Below the pieces are notes generated by a model. That model ran no database searches, was not told the DNA's origin, and saw only the letters and a program-made list of their open reading frames with translations. From an uncultured bacterium (GTDB taxonomy: Bacteria; Oederibacteriota; JAAXVQ01; JAUVAV01): 25,178 nt of DNA. Position numbers and translations under genes: made by a program. Positions 17,944 through 25,178 of the stretch are shown here, in pieces. The stretch is from the NCBI GenBank assembly GCA_964454395.1, contig CAYVTN010000001.1, forward strand, positions 1 through 25,178, written 5' to 3'. The first letter of the stretch is position 1, and every line of letters begins with the position of its first letter.

Positions 17944-19139
17944 TGAAAACCCTGCGCGCTTATGTCCTGAAGGAGTTAATCTTTCCCTTTTTAATGGGGC
18001 TGACCGTGTTTACCTTCATCCTGGTGATGGACCGTATTTTCACGCTCACCGACCTTATCGTGAAGTACGGCGTATCGGTATTCACCGTACTTAAATTGCT
18101 GTTTTTCATCCTGCCGTCCACCTTCGCCATCACCATTCCCATGGCTTGCCTGGTGGCGGTCATGGTGGCTTTTTCCCGCCTCAAAAGCGACAATGAACTG
18201 ACGGCCATGAAAGCTTCGGGCATCTCTTTGCTCCCCCTGGTGGGCACCACCCTGGGATTGGGAGCGGTTTTAACCGCGGCCATGATCATCTTCAACAACA
18301 CCGCCCTGCCCTATGCCAATTACGCCTACCGTGATCTGTATTTCAAGATCGTCAGCCAGCGCGCGGCCATTGTCATCGAAGACCATGTTTTCGTCGAGGA
18401 TTTTGACGGTTACGTTTTTCGCGTGGGACAGAAAAATCCCATTACGGGTCAGTTAGAAGACGTGGTGGTCTTTGTGCGTGACAAAAAAAAAGACAAGGAT
18501 TTCAGAACCATCGTGGCTAAACGGGGACAACTCATCAGCGACCAGGAGAATCACCGGGTTATGCTTAAACTGGAAGACGGGTACATGCAGATGGTGCAGC
18601 GCAACGACCTGAAGACTTTTTCCCAAATTTACTTCCGCACCAATTTCCTTGATCTGGATATCAACCGCGAGCTGGCCAATTCCGACCGCCAAGCTTCACG
18701 CAGCGCCCGGGAAATGACCATGGGTCAGATCAAAAAGGAGATTGCCAAACGGCGCCAAAATGGCGGCGATATCCGGCTGCTGTGGGTGGAGTATTTCAAG
18801 AAAACATCCATTCCTTTTGCATGTTTCGCTTTCTTTTTGATCGGTGCGCCGCTGGGCATTCTGGCGCCGCGTTCGGGCAAATATTTTTCTTATTTCATCG
18901 GGGTTCTTTTGATTTTTGTTTATTATATTTTCATTTCCCTGGGGGAAACCTTCGGGGCTGACGGCAAAATGTCTCCCTTTTTGTCCATGTGGCTGCCCAA
19001 TTTAATTCTGGTGGGCGCCGGCGCCTACTGCCTGGCCTGGGTAATCATGGAAAAAGCGCCCTTTTTGGCCGGTTTGCAGCAGCGCTGGTCGCAACAGACC
19101 ACCGGGCGTTCCGCTCCCCGGCAGGAGTCAAGACGATGA
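17943..19139 (+). CDS. lptF: LPS export ABC transporter permease LptF (YjgP/YjgQ family)
   Basis: YVLKEL..PF N-terminus, SRLKSDNELTAMKASGISL, a periplasmic beta-jellyroll region, and C-terminal KKTSIPFACFAFFLIGAPLG and WLPNLI. The ATG overlaps the upstream TGA. Confidence 0.9.
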   Translation: MKTLRAYVLKELIFPFLMGLTVFTFILVMDRIFTLTDLIVKYGVSVFTVLKLLFFILPSTFAITIPMACLVAVMVAFSRLKSDNELTAMKASGISLLPLVGTTLGLGAVLTAAMIIFNNTALPYANYAYRDLYFKIVSQRAAIVIEDHVFVEDFDGYVFRVGQKNPITGQLEDVVVFVRDKKKDKDFRTIVAKRGQLISDQENHRVMLKLEDGYMQMVQRNDLKTFSQIYFRTNFLDLDINRELANSDRQASRSAREMTMGQIKKEIAKRRQNGGDIRLLWVEYFKKTSIPFACFAFFLIGAPLGILAPRSGKYFSYFIGVLLIFVYYIFISLGETFGADGKMSPFLSMWLPNLILVGAGAYCLAWVIMEKAPFLAGLQQRWSQQTTGRSAPRQESRR

Positions 19140-20245
19140 GTACCTTGTCCAAATATATTTTGAAGGAATTCCTCAAACCGCTCTTTTTCACCATTCTTGT
19201 GTTTGTCGGCCTGTATATCATTTCCCAGATGGTGGATGAGATGCGCTCTTTCGTCAACAACAAACCCGACCTCATTTTGATCGTGCTCTATTACCTTTAC
19301 CGCGTGCCCTATTTTTTCGTGCAAATCCTGCCCATGTCCGTTCTGCTGGCGTCCTTGTTTTCCCTGGGCCAGTTGGCCCGACAAAATGAACTGATCGCCA
19401 TACGCAGCTGCGGCATAGGCTTTTTTAAAGCAGTCTCCCCCATTTTGGCGGTTTCATTGGTTTTGGTCGTCATGGTGCTGGCGTTCAATGAACTGGTGAT
19501 CCCCTACACCAATCCGCGCGCCAGCCGCATCAAACGGGTCTCCATCGAACACAAAGACGATGAGTCCCTGCATTTGCAGCGCGATTGGATAACCCGCAGC
19601 GTTTCGGGCAACAGAATCCTGCACGCCCACCATTTGGATGCCCGGTCCGGGACCATGCAGGATGTAACGCTCTTAAAATTCCGTGACCAGCTGCACATGG
19701 AGAGCAGAATTGATGCACCGACCGCGCATTGGATAAAAGGCCATTGGATCTTCATGCGGGGCGTCCTGCGCCGCTTTGATGAGAAAGGACGCATGACCGC
19801 TTACGAACGGTTTTCCAAGCTGGCCTTGCCTTTCCGGGAGCTGCCCCGGGAGTTTATCCGCCAGGAAAAAAAGGACGACCAGCTGCTTTCCACGCCTTTG
19901 CGGGAACTGAGCTACCAGATAAAGCTTTTAAAAGAGATCGGCATTGACCCGAAAAAAGAAGAAGTCTATTTTCATTTAAAAATTGCCTTTCCTTTTGCCA
20001 ACTTCATTCTGGCCTTGCTGGGCGTGTCCCTGCCTTTTGTTTTCCCCACCGGCAGGCGCAGCATTGTCTGGACAGCCATCGGTTTTGTGATCACCATCAT
20101 CACCGCCTTTTTTTATATCGGCTTTATTGCCGTGGGATCGTCCTTTGGAAAAAACGGCATGTTGTCACCCATGCTGTCGGTTTGGATAGCCAATATGGTG
20201 TTCGCGGTGATCGGCATCTGGCTGATGACCAAAGCCCGCAGTTAA
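19136..20245 (+). CDS. lptG: LPS export ABC transporter permease LptG (start revised from 18989 to 19136)
   Basis: LSKYILKEF N-terminus, LARQNELIAIRSCG, KIAFPFANFILALLG and WIANMVF. ATGA overlap with the lptF stop, RBS AGGAG. Confidence 0.9.
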   Translation: MSTLSKYILKEFLKPLFFTILVFVGLYIISQMVDEMRSFVNNKPDLILIVLYYLYRVPYFFVQILPMSVLLASLFSLGQLARQNELIAIRSCGIGFFKAVSPILAVSLVLVVMVLAFNELVIPYTNPRASRIKRVSIEHKDDESLHLQRDWITRSVSGNRILHAHHLDARSGTMQDVTLLKFRDQLHMESRIDAPTAHWIKGHWIFMRGVLRRFDEKGRMTAYERFSKLALPFRELPREFIRQEKKDDQLLSTPLRELSYQIKLLKEIGIDPKKEEVYFHLKIAFPFANFILALLGVSLPFVFPTGRRSIVWTAIGFVITIITAFFYIGFIAVGSSFGKNGMLSPMLSVWIANMVFAVIGIWLMTKARS

Positions 20246-20258
20246 AAGAGGAATTTGG

Positions 20259-20735
20259 TCAAGCCAGCACAATATCCAATATTTCGTATTTCTTCAATCC
20301 GGCCGGAATCTTGATTTCTATCACTTCCCCTACCGAATGGCCGATCAAGCCTTTGCCAATGGGCGAGGTGGCGGAAAGTTTTCCACTGTTAAAATCAGCT
20401 TCAGCCGGAACCACCAGCGTATATTCCAATTCATCTTCATTATTCAAATCCTTGAGTTTAACCTTTTGGCCCACCGACACCTTGCCCTCGGGAATATTGG
20501 ACCGGTCGATAATCTGGGCGCTTGCCAATTGGTTTTGCAATTGTTGAATTCTCAGCTCCAATTTGGCTTGTTCTTCCTTGGCCGCATCATATTCGGCATT
20601 TTCCGATAAATCGCCGTGTTCCCGTGCCACCCTTATCGCCTCCGTAATTTCACGGCGCTTGGGCCCTTTCAAATAAGTCAATTCTTCCTGCATTTTGTCA
20701 TACCCTTCCTGGGTCAGGTAAACCTTGTCCGACAT
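20259..20735 (-). CDS. greA: Transcription elongation factor GreA
   Basis: YLTQEGYDKMQEEL, AREHGDLSENAEYDAAKEEQ and SATSPIGKGLIG. RBS GAGGAGG. Confidence 0.97.
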   Translation of the reverse strand: MSDKVYLTQEGYDKMQEELTYLKGPKRREITEAIRVAREHGDLSENAEYDAAKEEQAKLELRIQQLQNQLASAQIIDRSNIPEGKVSVGQKVKLKDLNNEDELEYTLVVPAEADFNSGKLSATSPIGKGLIGHSVGEVIEIKIPAGLKKYEILDIVLA

Positions 20736-20928
20736 AAAAACCTCCTCGTTTATCCGGGTTCTGGCCTAGGACCCCGGGTATTGAGCGCCCGGGCTCCAGT
20801 GCATTTGAAATCCGCTTCCGCTTAAAAACCTCCATTTTAGTCACAAGCAAAAAAAATGTCAAATGGATGAATCCGGGCATCTGATGGATTGCTTTTTTTC
20901 TCATTTCTTTCTAAAATAAACGTAACTG

Positions 20929-21101
20929 GTTCTTTTTGCGGAAAGACAAATTTTCCGAAAAGCCGTCATGGGTATTGTATCCATCCTTAGGCGGCATTGA
21001 GAAAAAACGCTTCAGCGAGCGTTTTTTCTCTCTGAAGCGGTTTGCTCTGCAAACCGCTGACCGCCTAAGGATGGGTACAATACCCAATCCGCAACAGGAA
21101 C
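20929..21101. repeat. Nested inverted-repeat element, copy C (same end family as A and B, different interior)
   Basis: Ends GTTCTTTTTGCGGA (20929-20942) and TCCGCAACAGGAAC (21088-21101) are inverted at 12/14. Inside is a 26-bp stem (20969-20994/21061-21086, one G-T) enclosing perfect 13-bp and 10-bp hairpins. Confidence 0.85.
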
Positions 21102-21158
21102 TAACTACTCAGGTTTTTTGCGTTTCCGGCTTGGATACGCAAGAGACCTGAGTAGTTA
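21102..21158. repeat. Long hairpin TAACTACTCAGGT...ACCTGAGTAGTTA (REP-like)
   Basis: Perfect 13-bp outer arms (21102-21114/21146-21158). The stem continues to 26 positions with two G-T pairs and one mismatch, and has a 5-nt loop. Confidence 0.8.
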
Positions 21159-21231
21159 CAAATAAATTATTATTCGGCAAGGTACAACCCCTCTCACAGG
21201 AGGCGGGCATTCGCATCAATGGAATGAAAAC

Positions 21232-23619
21232 ATGAAAAAAAGAGTGCGTCTTACCATAAAAAGATTCTGGAGAAAGCTGCGTCTGTGGTCCGGCTTGGAG
21301 AGCAAACTCCGATACAAGCTGTTTTTCATGCTGTTTATTCTGCTCAGCCTGCCCTTTATATTTTTCTCTTATTTGGCCATTCATAAAACATCCAATTATC
21401 TTTTTTTGGAAGCCAAACAGGAAAGCCAGTATCTGTCTGTGCGATTGCAACAGTTCGTGGACCATTATTTCATCGATCTTTTCAACAACACGGAAAACCT
21501 GTTTCAGGATTTTTTGGTTGCCCATCCGTCGGCTACCATTTTCAACCAAATCAACAGCCCCCTGCTCCGCAGCATCAATGCCAATCCCGCACTTTTGGCC
21601 TTTAGTGTCGAAGGACCGGGGCACAGACAATTGTTGTCCTTAAACAAAAGCAAATTCAAAAAGGAATGGCGCGTCCAGTTGCGCTGGCGCCGGATCCGGT
21701 ATGATAAAAGAAGTTTCGAAATCGCACCGCCCCATTTTGACGAGCAGTTTAAAACCACGGTTCTACCCGTCCGTTTCAACGTTACCAGCCACGAACACCG
21801 GCGCTTCAGGGTCATCGTCCTGGTGGATGTGGGCTATTTCGAAAACGCCTTGCTCAAATGGCGTTTCGGGGATGATACCACGGTCACAATGGCAAGTGAG
21901 GACGGCACCGTCATCATCCCTCCCACGTTCCCTCCCAATCGCCCCTTGGCCATTGAAAAACTGCGCCTCCATCAGTCAGGGCGCTCATCTTATATCGAAC
22001 TGGTGACCAGGAAGCGCGGCCACGCTTTTTACCTGTCTTACATCCGCAGTACTTTTTTAAAATGGGGTATTTTCGTGGAACGGCAAACAACGATTGCCTC
22101 CGACCTGGTCAGGCGGCTGCGCACCATCTTTATCTTTTTTATTGCCGGTACGCTTCTCATCAGCCTTTTAGGCAGTTTGTGGATCGTCGCCAAAATCGTC
22201 GGCCCCATTGAGGCTCTGGACGCGGGCATCAAACTGATGGAAAACGGCTTGTTGATGGAGCCCCTTCCGGTCATGTCCAAAGATGAAATTGCCCGCTTGA
22301 CCATCAGTTTCAACCAGATGATGCAAACCCTGAAGGTACGCGAGGAAGAGATCAAACTTCAAAACAAAAAACTGGCCTTCTTAAACGATATTACCCGGAC
22401 CATCAACCAGTCGGCCAATTTGCACGATATTCTATCGCTGGCCATGAAAAAAATCATCACCCAGTTGCAAGCTTATTCCGCTTGGGTTTATATCCTCGAT
22501 CGCCAAGGCAGTTATTTGCATTGCATGGCCCACCAAGGCCTGCTGAAAGACCCGGTGCCCGAACTCAATCTGACCGTGGAAGAGCATCAACCGTGGGTCA
22601 AGGTCATTACCAACGACCAGGTGCACATCCTGCATGAGCCCCCTTCCTCCAGCGCGCATTTTCCCGAGATGCCCTTTCCCGGCTCCACGGAATTGATGCT
22701 GATTCCTTTGCGTTCCCAAAAGAAAGTCGTGGGTCTAATCGGCATTGGCAGCCGTCGTCAGGCAAGGTTTAAAATGCGTGATCTGGCTTGGGCGGAAAAA
22801 ATCGGGAATGAGCTTGGCATTGCGATTGAGAACGCGCAGCTTTATTCGGAGCTGCAGTTGCGGCTCAATGAATTGGAAGCGGTGAACAAGGATTTGCAGG
22901 AACTGGATCAGTTTAAAACCAGAATTTTATCCAATGTTTCCCACGAACTGAGAACCCCCCTGACATCGATCAAATCCTATGTGGAATTATTTTTGGACGG
23001 CAAAATCGGCCCGCTGGACAACATGCAGAAAGATAAACTGGCCATCATCAAACGCAATATCACCCACTTGCTCACCCTGATCGAGGATTTGCTGGTTTTA
23101 TCCAAGCTCCAGGACCAGAAGAAACATTTTAAAAATCTCGAGGTGGTCAATTTGCAGGAATTGGTGGATGAAGTGATTGCGGCCACCGAGGAAATGGCCA
23201 GGGCCAAGGGGCTGCAATTACAGCGGATGGGGGCCAGCCAGTCCGTCATGGTACGCATCAACCGGTCCAAAATTGTGCAGGTTCTGCACAATTTGGTTTC
23301 CAATGCCATTAAATTCACTGATCAGGGCGGCATCACCATTCGCTTAAGTCTGAATGCCTCCAAGCAGGCGCCGCTGGTCAAGGTTGAAGTGATTGATACA
23401 GGCACTGGCATCCCGCAAAAGTTGCTGCCCAAGATTTTTCATCGTTTTTATCAAATTGACAATTCTTCCACCAGAAAATATGTGGGCACGGGCCTGGGAC
23501 TCTCGATTGTCAAGGAAATCCTGGACGCCCATCAAAGCCTGATCCATGTCCAAAGCGAGGAAAATAAAGGCAGCACTTTTTCCTTTGAATTACCGGTTGT
23601 TAACCAGGTGGTGATTTAA
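21232..23619 (+). CDS. Membrane sensor histidine kinase (periplasmic Cache-like sensor, HAMP, GAF, HisKA, HATPase)
   Basis: Two TM segments, HAMP (IVGPIEAL…SKDEIARLTISFNQM), GAF-like (IPLRSQKKVVGLI…IAIENAQLYSE), H-box NVSHELRTPLTSI, N-box NLVSNAIKFT, G1 DTGTGIP and G2 GTGLGLSIVKEI. Confidence 0.95.
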   Translation: MKKRVRLTIKRFWRKLRLWSGLESKLRYKLFFMLFILLSLPFIFFSYLAIHKTSNYLFLEAKQESQYLSVRLQQFVDHYFIDLFNNTENLFQDFLVAHPSATIFNQINSPLLRSINANPALLAFSVEGPGHRQLLSLNKSKFKKEWRVQLRWRRIRYDKRSFEIAPPHFDEQFKTTVLPVRFNVTSHEHRRFRVIVLVDVGYFENALLKWRFGDDTTVTMASEDGTVIIPPTFPPNRPLAIEKLRLHQSGRSSYIELVTRKRGHAFYLSYIRSTFLKWGIFVERQTTIASDLVRRLRTIFIFFIAGTLLISLLGSLWIVAKIVGPIEALDAGIKLMENGLLMEPLPVMSKDEIARLTISFNQMMQTLKVREEEIKLQNKKLAFLNDITRTINQSANLHDILSLAMKKIITQLQAYSAWVYILDRQGSYLHCMAHQGLLKDPVPELNLTVEEHQPWVKVITNDQVHILHEPPSSSAHFPEMPFPGSTELMLIPLRSQKKVVGLIGIGSRRQARFKMRDLAWAEKIGNELGIAIENAQLYSELQLRLNELEAVNKDLQELDQFKTRILSNVSHELRTPLTSIKSYVELFLDGKIGPLDNMQKDKLAIIKRNITHLLTLIEDLLVLSKLQDQKKHFKNLEVVNLQELVDEVIAATEEMARAKGLQLQRMGASQSVMVRINRSKIVQVLHNLVSNAIKFTDQGGITIRLSLNASKQAPLVKVEVIDTGTGIPQKLLPKIFHRFYQIDNSSTRKYVGTGLGLSIVKEILDAHQSLIHVQSEENKGSTFSFELPVVNQVVI

Positions 23620-23640
23620 CCGTCTGAAGCTCCAGGCACT

Positions 23641-24816
23641 TCAGGCCGGAACATTAAACATCCTTTTAATGCCACGCAGCGCTTGCTTGGTGCGCTCCTC
23701 ATTTTCGATCAAGGCAAAGCGCACATAACCCTCCCCGCCTTCACCAAAGCCCGCGCCCGGGGACACGGCCACCTTGGCTTCGCTCAGAAGTTTCATGGAA
23801 AATTCCACCGAAGAAAGATCCCGGAACGGCTCCGGAATCTTTGCCCACAGGAACATGGTCGCTCTCGGTTTAGGCACTTGCCAGCCCAGTTTGTTCAAAC
23901 CATCCACCAGTACGTCGCGGCGGCACCGGTAGGTCTCCACAATCTGCCGGACACAATCCTGGGGCCCGTTGAGGGCGGAGATGGCGGCAATTTGGATGGG
24001 CGTGAACATGCCGTAGTCCAGATAACTTTTTATCCTGGTCAACATGGCCACGGCCTCTTTGTTGCCCACCATGAATCCCACCCGCCAACCGGGCATATTG
24101 TATGTTTTGGAAAGCGAATAGAATTCCACCCCCAGCTCTTTGGCCCCGGGCACTTGCAGCAGACTGGGCGACTTGTAACCATCAAAACAAAGCTCCGCGT
24201 AGGCATGATCATGAATGATCAATAGATTTTCAGATTGCGCCAGGGCCACTACTTGTTCAAAGAACCCGTAATCCACGGTGGTCCCGGTGGGATTTTGGGG
24301 AAAGGACAGCAATAATGCTTTGGGTTTGGGCCAGGAGTTTTTACAGACATTGATAATCTTGGTCAAAATATTTTCATCCGGCTCAAAGGGAATGCTGATC
24401 ACATTGCCTTCCGCCAAAATGGTGGAGTACGCATGAATGGGGTAACAAGGCGATGGCACGATCACCGTATCTCCCGGATTGAGCATGGCCAGCATAAAAT
24501 GGGAGATGCCTTCCTTCGCGCCGATCGTGGCAATGGCCTCCGTATCCGGATCAAGGTCCACGTCAAAACGGCGTTTATACCAACGACAAATGGCTTCCCT
24601 TAATTTATAGACGCCTTTGGACACGCTGTAACGATGATTTTGCGCTTTGGCCGCAGCTTCCACCAGTTTATCCACGATATGCCGCGGCGTGGCCATGTCA
24701 GGATTGCCCATGCCAAAGTCAATGATATCTTCTCCCCGGCTTCTGGCTTTTTTGGTCTCCGCCGTGACTTTGGCCAGGACATAGGGAGGAATGCGTTCTA
24801 ACTTATTGGAAATCAT
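23641..24816 (-). CDS. alaC: PLP-dependent class I/II aminotransferase, AlaC (YfdZ)-like; start revised from 24924 to 24816
   Basis: LERIPPYV, RGEDIIDFGMGNPD, YPIH, HDHAYAEL, PLP lysine in EFYSLSKTYNMPGWRVGF, and KSYLDYGMFTPIQ and VRFALIENEER, which I recognise from AlaC. A DapL-like function is not excluded. Confidence 0.8.
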   Translation of the reverse strand: MISNKLERIPPYVLAKVTAETKKARSRGEDIIDFGMGNPDMATPRHIVDKLVEAAAKAQNHRYSVSKGVYKLREAICRWYKRRFDVDLDPDTEAIATIGAKEGISHFMLAMLNPGDTVIVPSPCYPIHAYSTILAEGNVISIPFEPDENILTKIINVCKNSWPKPKALLLSFPQNPTGTTVDYGFFEQVVALAQSENLLIIHDHAYAELCFDGYKSPSLLQVPGAKELGVEFYSLSKTYNMPGWRVGFMVGNKEAVAMLTRIKSYLDYGMFTPIQIAAISALNGPQDCVRQIVETYRCRRDVLVDGLNKLGWQVPKPRATMFLWAKIPEPFRDLSSVEFSMKLLSEAKVAVSPGAGFGEGGEGYVRFALIENEERTKQALRGIKRMFNVPA

Positions 24817-25021
24817 AGGGGCCTCTTTCATCTGCATTAAAAAGTTGCTGAATAAAATAGCGTTTTTTTGGCGTTTGGTCAATGCCTTTGAACATGCCTT
24901 TGAATAACCAAAATTCACCGTCAAATTCCGAATCGGCTTTTAGGCACAAAGGTGTTTATGAAAAATAGGTTCACCTGAATATCAAATCACCTATGCGGAT
25001 ATAGGAGGCCTACCTCGGGCT

Positions 25022-25177
25022 CATTTTCTTTTTCGGGCTTTGGACACCTTCCCTGCCGCCGGGGTAGGCAAGACCGCAGGGCATCACCCCTAATCCCAAA
25101 GGTTTTCAAAGGGGGCTGAGGTGCGTCCTCGCGATCGGCGTGAGTCGAGTCCCAATTTAAGCCCGAAAAAGAAAATG
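25022..25177. mobile_element. 156-bp element with perfect 19-bp terminal inverted repeats (MITE-like or structured RNA)
   Basis: CATTTTCTTTTTCGGGCTT (25022-25040) is the exact reverse complement of AAGCCCGAAAAAGAAAATG (25159-25177). The interior is GC-rich and non-coding. The right flank is cut by the window edge. Confidence 0.55.
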
Positions 25178-25178
25178 G

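Noticed and set aside
23624-23644. Bidirectional terminator between the kinase and alaC
   Set aside because: CTGAAG/CTTCAG gives only a 6-bp stem with no U-tract on either strand, which is too weak to call.

Overview
25.2 kb window from a diderm bacterium. It uses strong Shine-Dalgarno sites (GGAGG/AGGAG) and a canonical TTGACA-17-TAAAAT promoter, which argues against a Bacteroidota host (inference). The left 16 kb is all on the minus strand. In transcription order it holds a 2147-aa SprA/Sov-like outer-membrane barrel with three N-terminal FN3 domains, a decayed TonB-dependent receptor (TBDR) 5' remnant, three tandem paralogous TBDRs, a ComF-family protein and a truncated NtrC-family regulator. 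Divergent from the SprA-like gene is a translationally coupled GT-C (ArnT/PMT-like) glycosyltransferase-lptF-lptG operon. Then come greA, an orphan HAMP-GAF histidine kinase and an AlaC-like aminotransferase. The intergenic regions contain several small palindromic elements, and three share a TTCTGTTGCGGAAAG-type end motif although the third has an unrelated interior. The best candidates for novelty are the T9SS-translocon-like gene in a non-Bacteroidota-looking envelope cluster and the family of nested palindromic elements. All calls are by eye, and no database searches were run.
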